A stretch of DNA of 63,270 bases, filler included, from Reclinomonas americana ATCC 50394 (Eukaryota): the NCBI GenBank assembly GCA_048213135.1. It is 3 parts of 3 records of this genome, joined end to end, with 100 filler letters (N's around TTAATTAATTAA, not from the genome) between each part and the next. Parts side by side here need not be neighbours in the genome. Positions count along the whole stretch, not along the records: positions 30,011 to 59,800 come from PS015618.1; 2 more parts are not named here. One strand, given 5' to 3'. The stretch's first letter is position 1. Every line of letters begins with the position of its first letter. This document shows, one piece after another, positions 42,493 through 55,127 of this stretch. The position numbers were made by a program, and so were the translations under genes. A model generated the notes under the pieces. The model had not been told where the DNA came from. It saw only the letters and a list, made by a program, of their open reading frames with translations, and ran no database searches.

Positions 42493-44320
42493 TCACTGTG
42501 GTGGGCGGTACATGATGCTGGTGCCTTGGTGCGTCGTGAACCTCACGCCAGTGTTGTCCTCGATGATGCGGCCCAGAGGGCGCGATGCCAGGTCGCGCTC
42601 AAACTGTGTCAGCGATCCCGGCCACTCGTAGAAGAAGCGATCGCCGGCCTTCAGCATCGCAAACTGCTGCACGAGGATCGCCCGGAACGTCTCGCCGACC
42701 ATGCCACCGGCCACATGCGGCTCCGCCAGCCCGCCCACCCACAGATCCACCATCTCAATGTCGCCATTGTAGGCCGCCGCCAGCTGCGCCGCCACCACCA
42801 CATCGCCGCCCGTAATGTCGGTGAAGAGTGCGCGCGCAGGCAGGCCGAGGCGACGACGAGTCTGGTTGTAGGTGGTGAGGCCGTGGTCGCGGCCGCGCTG
42901 AATATTGAGGGCGGCGAGGTCGAGGCCACGCGCCATGCCCGGCACGTGCTCAAACAGCATGTTGCGCACGCTGTCGGCAATGTGAATGTCGACCTCCTCG
43001 CTCGGGTAGTTGGCCAGGCCGCGCAGCACCGGATCCACGCCGTGCGTCAGGATCTCGGTGGCATCGAAGAAGAAGTCGGCAAGCGACGGCTCGCGCGGCT
43101 CCGGGTCCGCCTCGTCCATCAGCGGCAGTGCATCGCTCAGCATCGTGTGGCCGACGCGGTACGCCGCAGCCGCAAACTCGTTGCTGATGGTGGCGTCGGC
43201 GTTGGAGTTGTACGCGGTGATCCTGTTGATCGGCGTGCAGTCGCCCAGCAGCACCGGCAGGAACTCCTTGTAGGTGATGCGTTGCATCTCGGCACCCACA
43301 ATGCGACGAGCGCGCTGGTACACAATCTCGTCCTTCTTCGCCAAGTCCGTCATGGCCGCCAGCTGCGCGTCGTTGGCCAAGATGATGCCGCACAGCTTGT
43401 TGTGTTCGCGCACAAACACCGTGTGCATGGCGGTGAGGCCAGACTGCTCGTTGACGCGCACATCGCCCGCCACAAAGTACGACGAGATCGCCGGCGAGGC
43501 GCCGTTCGTCGGCAGCAGGTTGCCGTCCGAGGTCTTCATCTTGCCGTCGATAAAGGTGCGCAGCGAGTTGGCCGTGGTCGCGTCGGAGCCGTACACTTGC
43601 GAGGCGTCGATCCACGCAGTGATGTGGTTGGTCTGCTCACGGCGACCATTGATCGTCTGGTAGTCGTCGCGTGACTGCGGAATGGCGCCGCCAAACAGCG
43701 GGTCCGCCGGATCCAGCACGGCGATCGACGAGTCCTGCGTGGGACTGACGCTGGCCGTCTGCGTAATGTCGTGGTCCAGGAACTGACCCCACTGCCACAC
43801 CATGCCCGACACGTTGTTGGCGGCCTCGAACTCATTCGGCTCGCCATTGGCGTCGACGCCCTGCTGCAGCACCAGGTTGGAGATGTCGCGGGCATTGGGT
43901 CCCGCGCGCAGGCTGTCGCTGGCGCCGTAGTTGGCGAGGTTGGCGTAGCGAATGTATGCCTGGCCGGCCGAGCCGAGCGGGCACTTCTTCCCGTTGGGTG
44001 CCAACGCATCCGGAACGCATCGCTGTTGCAGGTTGTTGTTGGCGCCGTCAATCGAGCGCCACTCGGGTGCCGAGGGCGCTGGCGCAGGCGCAGGGGCTGG
44101 GGCTGGGGCTGGCGCAGGGGCTGGCGCAGGAGCAGGAGCTGGCGCAGGAGCAGGCGCAGGCTTCGGTGGTGGAGGAGAGGCGGCTTGTGCACTGCGTGAC
44201 CAGCAGAGGTGAGTGGGCTGTGGTGTGGCGGGAGAGGGGGGGGAGAGAAGAAGAGACTCACATGACGGCCACGATGACCAAGAGTGCCAGCACGGCAAGC
44301 ACACGAGGAGAGAACATCAT
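42493..44320 (-). CDS. Secreted heme peroxidase (peroxidase-cyclooxygenase superfamily) with Pro-Ala linker; one intron in the signal peptide
   Basis: RSIDGANNN, WGQFLDHDI, ITAWIDASQVYGS, AGDVRVNE, FVREHN, EFAAAAYRVGH, DLAALNIQRGRDHG, DLWVGGLAE and GDRFFYE. Confidence 0.95.
44078..44160 (-). repeat. Coding hexamer repeat encoding a (Pro-Ala)n linker
   Basis: About 14 PA units between the signal peptide and the peroxidase domain. Confidence 0.9.
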
Positions 44321-45000
44321 GATGATTGTTGTTTGTTGTTGTTGTTGTTGTTGTGTGGAAGGAGGTTGTCAGCTCTCACAAGTGAGGTGGAATGGGAGTG
44401 GGTTGGTTGCAAGGGGCATCGTGGCAGCTTTATGGCGTGTGCGAGTCGGGTGGCGAAGACTGCCGCGATGGTCTTCGTTGCGCTGCGGCGAATACAAGTG
44501 CAAATTGAGGTGGATTTTTGGACAGGCGAATGTTTTGTGTGGCGAGGGAACAACTGTTGGTGAGGGGGAGGGGTGGGAGTGAGTGGGGGTGATGCAGCTG
44601 GAGGGGTGGGCGTAAAGAAAGAAGCGGCGGAGGAGGGTGGGGGAAGAGAGACATGAATGGTGTCCGGTTGCAAGTGTGTAGATATCGAACGTGTGTTCGC
44701 TTTGTAAATGGGCAACGACCTCTGCACATCGCCACGGCCATACAAGTGCATCAAGAGCACTGCAGTACCACTTGAGAGAGTTACATGCGGTTCTCACATG
44801 TGGCAAGAAATATCGAATTCTTCAGGTCCGGACATCGTCATCGCCTGCACCGCCATACCACCTGCAGCTGCACCCACGCAGCTGCAACACAGCAATCGCC
44901 TCCATGCACGACCAGCACGCTCCACGCCGCAATTCCTTTCGGTGTGACAATGCATGCACTGCTCGCGCGCGCACTGTCCAAACGAATTTGACACCAAGAA

Positions 45001-47878
45001 ATGTCTGCGCCCACGGCAGCTGCTGGTGGTGCTGCTGCTACGTCTGCAACAACAGCAAGCGTGCCTTCCTCAGGCAACTCTCCACGTCACACTCGCCAAT
45101 CATCGTCGGGCGGTGGCGTGCTGGTCGCGCCAGCTGCTCCCGCACAGCACCGCTTCCGCGCACACGTGAGCAGTCCCACCTCATCATCATCATCATCGGC
45201 GATCGAGATGACAGTGATCAATAGCGACCACGGCGATGGAGAGCGTGTGGCGCTGATCAATGAGGAGATTCATCGCATGCCGTTGCCGCCGCGCACGCTG
45301 CCGCGTGTGAACAGCACCGACGACGACGCAGGCGATGTGGAAGAGATCGAGGCAATGGTGGCCGCACAGAGCCACAATCGGCGGCTGCGGAGGGCGCTGG
45401 ATCACGAGGTCGAAGATGAGTACGATAATGAGGATAAGCGACAGCCGACGCTGATGAGACGGCGCACGCCTGTGGAGCTGTTGCTGCCGCCTGGCTCGTC
45501 GTCGTCATCGTCGTCGTCAATGACTGTGGTGCCGGCGACACAAGTGCATTCACCTGCGCTGTTGTCTCCATCACCGACTGCTGCTTCCGCTGGCCATGGT
45601 GGTGCTGCGGCGATGCCGGCTGTGGCGACTGCGGAGTCGTCGTCGTCGTCGTCGCCGTCGGGCGGTCTGCTGATGACGGGGGTATCGGTGGCGTCGCTCT
45701 CCAACGCCAACTTGTCGCTGGTGGCGGGCGTCGACAACAGCAGCGGGGATGAGGGCGGCGAAGGCTCGGGCTACCTGCGTGACATTGATGCGGCGCCGGC
45801 TACGGCGACCGTCACGCGTGGCATGAGTCACTTTTGTGGCGCCAGCTTCCTCATTGCGATGTTGCGTCGCTGTGCTGCTGTAGGTTGTGCGATGTAGGTC
45901 ACTCACTGCTCCCGTGTGCGTGTGCGTTGCAGTGGGTGCGTGTATGCACATGAATAATCTCTGTGTCGTGTGTGTGTGCGCGCTGGCGACTAATGGCTGT
46001 GCAGGTACATTGATCCCGGCAACTACGCCTCCAACATTGAAGCCGGATCGACGTACGGATACTCGCTCTGTTGGATTCTGCTGGTGGCCTCGGCGATTGG
46101 TGTCTTTGTGCAGATATTAGCCGCTCGTGTCGGTGTTTGCACAGGTGTGTGTGTGTGCGACAAGGAACGAGGCTCGTGAGTTGGTGCTTGTATGCCACTC
46201 ACCCTGTCAATAGGGCGCACGCTGTCGGCCCTGTGCCGTCGGTGCTACAAGAGCCCGTGGATCAACTACCCACTCTTTGCGCTCGCGGAAATCGCCATTA
46301 TCAGTACGGATCTTGCCGAAGTGCTCGGCACAGTGGTAGCGTTGCGTGCGCTTGCGGCGTGCAAGCCCTCCCACAGTTGCTGCAGACTGACGCGATGCCT
46401 GTTTACGTGCGCCAGTCTCAATCTGTTATTTGGAATACCCTTTGCTTGGTGTTTGGTGATCACCGGACTCGACACGATTCTGTTTCTCGCCATCCAGCAC
46501 TTGGGTGCGTGACGAGTGGAGTCGAAGCACAACTGTGCCGTCGTCTCATCCTCTGTGCTTAGGGCAACGTGTTCTCGAGGCCGTCATTGGCGTCTTGTTG
46601 GTGGCCGTCTCCATGTGCTACGTGGTGGAGATGTTCTTTGTGCAGCCGAATGTGTTGGCGATCATGCGTGGCTTTGTGCCGTCATTACCGAGTGGCTCGA
46701 TTCTCGTCGCCGTCTCCATTCTTGGTGCCACGGTGATGCCGCACAATCTCTACCTGCACTCGTGGGTGGTGCAGTCGCGCAATGTCAACCATCACGACCC
46801 AGTGGAGACCGCCAAGGCCACAAAGATGCTCAGCATCGACACGACGATCTCGCTGTCCATGTCGTTCTTTGTCAATCTGGCCATTCTCATTGGTGCGTGA
46901 GAGTTGGCGATGAGGGAGGGGGACAGCGAGCGACGACAAGTCTCAATGCTCTCTGTGTGTGCAGTGGCCGCGGGAACGTTCTTCGGCGTGCAGGAGGTGT
47001 CGACGCTGCAGGAGGCGTACTTGCTGCTGGATCACGTGTTTGGCGACGCGGCGAAGATCCTGTTCGGTCTCTCATTGCTGCTCTCCGGTGCGACCTTGAG
47101 AGCTCCTCGCACATTTTTTCGTGTGCTCACCGTGACTGCACTCCAGGTCAAAGCTCCACGATCACTGGCACGCTGGCTGGCGAGACTGTGATGCATGTTG
47201 AGTCGTCGTCGCACTGGCCGGCAATTCTTCCTCCCTTCGTTTTCCTCACCGCAGCAAGGCAGGGCTTTTTGCGACTCCGCTGGAAGCCGTGGCTGATCCG
47301 ACTGGTCACGCGCGGGCTGGCTCTCTTGCCGGCCTGCATTGCGGTGCTGAGTTTCGGTGACAAGGGCACGTACGCAGCACTTGTTGCATCGCAGGTTTGC
47401 TAGCAGCTGTCCTCTGTCGTGGGGAGGTTGTCTCTCATCACCAAGCACCCTACTAGGCCGTGCTCTCGGTCCAGCTCCCGTTCGCACTAATTCCACTGGT
47501 CCGTGTGGCCGGCAGTAAGCTCATGCAGCCGTGTCACCGACTCGGAGGCATTGTTGCGTTTTCAATCTCTGGCCATCGCGCGCCACCGCCGTCGCGAATT
47601 GATCTCATTGTGTGGTGCTTGCGTTCGTGCAGGGTGCCGCCGCCGCATGGATCATCACCGGCTTTGTGCTGTCGCTGAATGTGTGGCTGGTGGGCGACAC
47701 TGTAATCTCCGTGGTCGAAGACATGACGTCGACCGTTGGCGCCGTCATGTTCATCATCGCCTGCTCCATCGGCGTCGCCGCCCTGCTCACCCTGCTCATC
47801 TTCATCTCCTTTTCGCGATTACCCGAGTCTCTCTCGCGGGCCGAGAAGCCCCTAATCATCAATGGCGCCATAAACTAG
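45001..47878 (+). CDS. NRAMP (SLC11/MntH) divalent metal transporter with long Ser-rich N-terminus
   Basis: AIGYIDPGNY, AEIAIISTDLAEVLG, ILGATVMPHNLYLHS, SGQSSTITGTLAG, RLVTRGLALLPA and SQAVLSVQLPFALIPL. Confidence 0.95.
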
Positions 47879-48088
47879 AAGAAACACACACAACCCCTTG
47901 GTTTTTCGTGTTTTTTGTTCAATTGTCGAACGCCACAGCGCCAAGAGACGAAACCCAAGTAACACAACACAGACATCCACACACAGGCACCGCACCCGCG
48001 CCGAAACTCCCGCGGAGACACCTGAAACGAGCGTCCCAAAGAAGCTCCGGCAACGGGCGAGATGCCGAGCACGGCGTGCGCGTATTGC

Positions 48089-48985
<897 letters not shown>

Positions 48986-49170
48986 GGCTGTGCACACAAA
49001 GAGAGACAAACAACAACGCCACACAGTGTTGAGCAGCAGTTGTGGGCGTAGAGAAGAACGGCCACAAGCACAAGGCCACAGCAAACCTGCTGGCGCCCGA
49101 CTGGTGGCGAAAATGGGGGTGAGAGGACACTTGACGCGCGCAGGACACCTTCAGAAACTGATTGCGAAGA

Positions 49171-49467
49171 ATGGCCTCGTTGCCGCTGCCACCCTTCCTG
49201 CCTGCGGGCTTCTCCAGGTGAAACATGCACGCACGCGCACACAGTCTCTCTTACTCACTCACTGACCCTCACTCTCTTGTGTGTCAGTGTGGAGGAGTAC
49301 GCGGAGGCATTGTATGCGTTTCTGCAGCCGGCGGGAGGTGCAGAGGCCGAGGATGAACTGGCGCGCTTGGCATGGCGTCTGCAGCAGGTGTTTGCGGTGC
49401 GCTTTGTGGAGGATAACCAGTGGGAGAGCACGTTGCCGGAGGAGTGGCAGAGGGCACTGGTGAGTGC

Positions 49468-49508
<41 letters not shown>

Positions 49509-49715
49509 TTCGTTACGTACGTGTAGTACGTACTACTACAACTAGTCGACTACGTTACGGGTAAGGGGTAAAGGTTACGTTTACGTACGTCGTACNNNNN
49601 NNNNNNNNNNNNNNNCGTACGTACGTCGTACGACGTACGTACGTCGTCGTCGTCGTCGTACGTACGTACCTCCGTCCGACCTACGCGTCGTACGACGTAG
49701 CGTCGTGGTCGAGTG

Positions 49716-49757
<42 letters not shown>

Positions 49758-52004
49758 CAGAGTGTTTCTTACGCGTGTAGTCACTCACAATTGCATTCTG
49801 GGGAAAGGATTTCGACTGCACGTTTGAGGAGGCCATGGCGATGCCGAGTGGCATTGTCAAGGTGTGTGGGTGTATGCTCTTCTGCTCCTCCATGCTTGCC
49901 ACTCATGATGGTGATGATGTGATAGGACTCGTGGCCGCAGTCTCTAAAGGACTACGTGAGTCGGGCACGATCGCTGACCATGAATCGCTTCCCCGACGAT
50001 GACTATCTGCGTGCGCTCTCCGACTCGGTGATGCCGACGATCGATGCGTACGACGAACTCAAGCGCGCCATTGGCGACAAGAAGCTGTATGAGGTGGCGC
50101 AGCTTGTCTCTCATCTCGCGTGCCACTGTGACCACGCCTCACTCTCACATGCAGGTGGTGCATCTGGCACCGCTGGTCTCCCGCTTGTGCGACACGCTGG
50201 CGGTGGACACGGTGCTGGACATTGGCGCCGGCCAGGGCTACCTCTCGCAGGTGCTGTCGTTTGTGTGCGGCAAGCGCGTCATTGGCGTCGAGTCGCGCGC
50301 GCACAACTCGGAGCAGGCGTACACACGCATGACTCGCGTGGCGGAGAAGCTCAGCAAGCAGATGCACATGGATCCGAGTCAGCGTGGTCGGCGGCGGCGA
50401 AAGCAGCGCGCCAATGAGAAGCGACAGCTGCTGGAGAAGACTGCGCGTGATGCACTGGATGCCGCGTATGCGCGTGGCGTCACGGATGAGAGGGAGTTGG
50501 AGGCGGTGCGCACGGAGGCATTGCGCGCTTTGGAGGCATCGCTGGAGCCACCGAAACTCAAGTTCGGTCAGTACATTCCGCTGACGAGCTGGGTCACGGC
50601 AGATACGACGCCGGAGGAGATTTGCAGCGTGTTGCATGGGTGCGTGTTGCATGGGTGTTTGTTCAAGGATTCGTATGCGTGTGTGCTGATGTGCAAGCAG
50701 GTCGGAATTCGCCTCCGAGTACGCCCTGTCGCACACGGTGACTGTCGCTGCTGCCGCACCACCGCCACCGCCACCACCACCATCAGCGTCAACACTGCCG
50801 AATGAAGGTCCTTCGTCTTCTGCTGCGCCGCCAAATGAAGGTCCCTCGTCTTCTGCTGCAACACCGTCGGGCGGTCGGGGCTNNNNNNNNNNNNNNNNNN
50901 NNNNNNNNNNNNNNNNNNNNNNNNNNNNNNNNNNNNNNNNNNNNNNNNNNNNNNNNNNNNNNNNNNNNNNNNNNNNNNNNNNNNNNNNNNNNNNNNNNNN
51001 NNNNNNNNNNNNNNNNNNNNNNNNNNNNNNNNNNNNNNNNNNNNNNNNNNNNNNNNNNNNNNNNNNNNNNNNNNNNNNNNNNNNNNNNNNNNNNNNNNNN
51101 NNNNNNNNNNNNNNNNNNNNNNNNNNNNNNNNNNNNNNNNNNNNNNNNNNNNNNNNNNNNNNNNNNNNNNNNNNNNNNNNNNNNNNNNNNNNNNNNNNNN
51201 NNNNNNNNNNNNNNNNNNNNNNNNNNNNNNNNNNNNNNNNNNNNNNNNNNNNNNNNNNNNNNNNNNNNNNNNNNNNNNNNNNNNNNNNNNNNNNNNNNNN
51301 NNNNNNNNNNNNNNNNNNNNNNNNNNNNNNNNNNNNNNNNNNNNNNNNNNNNNNNNNNNNNNNNNNNNNNNNNNNNNNNNNNNNNNNNNNNNNNNNNNNN
51401 NNNNNNNNNNNNNNNNNNNNNNNNNNNNNNNNNNNNNNNNNNNNNNNNNNNNNNNNNNNNNNNNNNNNNNNNNNNNNNNNNNNNNNNNNNNNNNNNNNNN
51501 NNNNNNNNNNNNNNNNNNNNNNNNNNNNNNNNNNNNNNNNNNNNNNNNNNNNNNNNNNNNNNNNNNNNNNNNNNNNNNNNNNNNNNNNNNNNNNNNNNNN
51601 NNNNNNNNNNNNNNNNNNNNNNNNNNNNNNNNNNNNNNNNNNNNNNNTTGGACCGCTACCTGTACGTGCAATACGACGTGCAACGGGAGCTTCGCTCGCG
51701 ACCACCGGAACAGGGCGGCCTGGCGCCCGACGAACACATCTATGCGACGGTGCTCCCGGTGTTCCATCCGTGCAAGTCACCGCGCAATCTGGCACTGGTT
51801 GCGGTGCGCTGTCGCGACGTGCAGGCCGTCATCTCGTGTTTGTATCACGAGACGGCGACGGCAACAGCGGCCAGTGGTAGCGCTGACGATGCGTCCGCCG
51901 TGGAAGTGGCTGGCGTACCACAGAAGAGACCGTGGGAAGAAGTAGAGGAGGACGAGGAGAAGAGTGGAGAGAAAGGAGGAGAGGAAGACGAGATAATAGA
52001 ATGA
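49171..52004 (+). CDS. METTL25/RRNAD1-like SAM-dependent methyltransferase (part in gap)
   Basis: KKLYEV, VLDIGAGQGYLS..VIGVE and C-terminal LDRYLYVQ..VLPVFHPCKSPRNLALVA. Confidence 0.8.
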
Positions 52005-52045
52005 GAATGAATAGTGAACGGCACGTCAACTAGTGTGGCTTCCCT

Positions 52046-54834
52046 TCACTGCACAGACTGATGGTGATTCCACCAGCGACGAACTGCATCGGGTGTTGAG
52101 TTGAGCTCCTCAGCCGCTCGATGCACGGCCTCTTCCACCATCTCCGCGAACAGCTCGTTGTACTCGGACACTCGCAGAGCAACTCGATGCACGGGGCGCG
52201 AGGGGATCTGCATGGCAAACTCCGTGCAGAGACAGTCGCGCGTGTCGGGCGGCAGATCCGGGAAGAAGCGAGAGAGTGCGGATGCCAGCACACCACCGGC
52301 GCTGACGGATGGGCAATGGAGAGCATCGACGGCAGCACACATGGCCACGGCGGCCTCCGAGCACGTTGTGTCCAACGAGCGCATGCGTGGATCGTCGGCC
52401 TCCAGTTCGCCACTCACTTGTTGCGTGAGGCGGAAGCGGTACAACTCTTCAGTGGACCGGCGCTGTGTGCGGTCATGAATCGTGGTGAGGTGGAAGGGGG
52501 AATTGGAGAGATGCTTTGTCTCCTGTTCAGTGCGCACCTTGATGTACGAACTGAGATCTCCCATGGCCACGCGATGTCTATCCCTGGCGACCATGTACTC
52601 GCGTCGAAGACGAGTCACAGCACGAGCGAGGAAGCGATCGACACTGTCTGATTCACTGTGCACAAAACAGTGAGCGAGGAGAGAGAGCGCGAGGAAACAC
52701 GCAGCATCGACGCACCCTCGAAGCCACTGACGAATAAACACACGACCGCGACGACCCTTGGCTTTCTTGAACTTGGCCTTTTTCGCTCCACTGCGGCAGT
52801 GCATCCGTGCATGAGCAAAAAATACCCCAAACAAAATGCTCGCGCCACACAACGCAACTGCATAGAGGCCAGTCGCTCATCCTCCGGCAGGTCCGTTTCC
52901 ATCCCGTCGACCACACTCGTGCGACGCGAACCGCCCACGTCGCTGCCGTCGGGCCACTTGGGCGCAGCAGCAGCCACCAACCGCGACACCTCCTGCTCGA
53001 AATACCTGAGCCACTGACGACGCAGCAGTTCACGCCGAGCCGCATTGGCCTGGCACCAGTTGTAGACGTGGCGCTGGCAGATTTTGTCTGCAACGAGCCA
53101 CAGAGTTAGTCACACAGAGCGGCAGCAATATCCGGAGCAGATGCAGTGCGCAACAGCTCAGAAGTGCCTCACGAACAAGGCCGAACAAGCGTTGTCGCTT
53201 TTGCATGGATCGCTGCAGGCGACGAAGAGAGGACATTACACACAGTCGACACGCATACAACTACGTGCTCGCAGTGCGCACCATGTAATCGATGATGAGA
53301 TTGGCCGCACGCCGTCTCCTGGCCACGCGGCGACCAATGGCTATTCTCAGTGAATGCCTGCCGAGGAGAGCTGAGTTTAGCCAACCACACACCCCCAGAT
53401 GCAAGCCACAGCCGCAACTTGTCAATCACATACGCCAGGCGTTCCCGACGCTCGCCGATGCGTCGCCGAATCAGAGGCCAGCAGCGACGACTGAGAATGG
53501 CCACGGCACGAGAGTACCGTTGGATTGCCACGCGCCAGGCCCGCTCAGACTGCACGCAGGCAAGAGTGAGGCGGCTGTCCATTCAACAAACGACGAAGAG
53601 GACGCAACTATGACGGCCTGCTGGAGAACTTGCATGCGAGAGAACACGGCAATGAATGTCAACCACTTGCGCCATCGTCGCACCAACTGCGGATGCTCCA
53701 CCAGCATGTAGTTGCGGCGGGCTTCTGCCGCACGCGTCTCCTCCTCGGCCTCTTGACGTCGCTGCCGTGCCTCGGCCTCGACTCTTGCACGCTCCTGCAG
53801 CTGCCGCTCGTACACCAGACGCATGCGTTCTTCCTCGCGTTGCCTCTGCGACAAAGAGAGAAAGGAGTGAGGCAGGCACTGCTGATCATGAGTCGTGAGT
53901 GTGCCAAGACGCACCACTGCCTCCAACTCTTGCGCCACCACATCCCGCGTGCGCGTCACCGCCAGCGTCTTGTTGGCCTCCACCAGATCGACCAGCATCG
54001 CACTCGCGGCTGCCGCTCGCCTCTCCGCCACATAGCCGTCGACACGAGCGTTCAGCTTGGAGCGTTCGCGCGGACTGCGCTGCATCAGCTCCAGCTTGTC
54101 CAGCAGCGCACTGCCGAGCTTATCGCCGGTGCTGGTCGAGCGCAACAACGGCTGTCGACCACCATTCTCCGGGCCTACAAGCTACCAGTGAGCAACCACG
54201 CAGTGCGCGAGACGAGCAGCATGCACCGCATCGCAACTGACAGGCGGCGTTGCGACTCTCCGATTCTTGCTGCTGCTTCTGCTCTGCTGTTGAGGGCTGT
54301 TATGGTCACTGTCTGTCGCAGCAGTGGCTGCAGCCGGACTCCCACTCTGCACCGTAGACAGCTTCCACGCCTCAGGCGACGCCGGGGTGCTGCTGATCCT
54401 ATGCACCTCCTCCAGCAACGCCTGCATCTCGCGATCAAATGACGACATGCTGCTGCTGTTGCTCGCTGCACGCCCAGCACGCGCAGCGCCCAGCAGCATC
54501 GTCGTGGAGCCGACTCGCGCCAGTCCCTCCGACTCCATTCGCCTCAGCAGCAGTGCACTTGGCGCGCGAGCCACGGGCGACACTGGAGATGACACGGTCG
54601 GCGGTGGAGCGGTCAGCAGAGGCAGGATCGGCAGCAGTGCGGGATCGGGGATGTCGCGTCCGTAGGAGGCGGCATGAGAGCGCGGGCGGTGGGAGGCGGA
54701 GTAGGTGAGAGATGAGCGGGGGCGTTGCCGCGGTTTTGCCGTGGGTGATGACTACACAAGCAGTTTTTACAGATCAGCGCAGGCACGGAGAGAGCGAGAG
54801 AGAGAGAGTGAGCACAGAGCACACACACCTGCAT
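52046..54834 (-). CDS. Hypothetical spliced protein with coiled coil and basic (possibly IQ-like) helices
   Basis: Several exons join in frame through ~70-nt GT-AG introns; no recognisable family; start tentative. Confidence 0.5.
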
Positions 54835-55127
54835 GTGTGTAGCAGAGGATGACACTGGTCTCTGGCGGTCCTCGACGGAACACACACTCACTGGCTCGCA
54901 CGGTGTTGCAGACAGACGTTATTCCGCTCAGTCTCTCTGCTAGCCGTGAGTCTCACTCACGCACTGTGCCTCTGCCTTGAATGACTGCGATGAGTGACAG
55001 CGTGTGTGGAGAGAGGAAAAGAAAGACACGCCACACTGGCGCCGGGCGTTAAGGTCGGTGATTATTGGCCATCTTCGGACACATCACGGCGGCAGGACAC
55101 TTCATGCATTCATTTCCATCGCTCTTT

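Noticed and set aside
41674..43674. 666-aa plus-strand ORF
   Set aside because: Antisense shadow of the GC3-rich peroxidase and CAP exons; no protein motifs.
49508..49712. ACGT/TACG-rich quasi-repeats (also 29808-29910)
   Set aside because: They sit beside gaps after microsatellites and resemble pyrosequencing flow-order noise at read ends; probably artefact.
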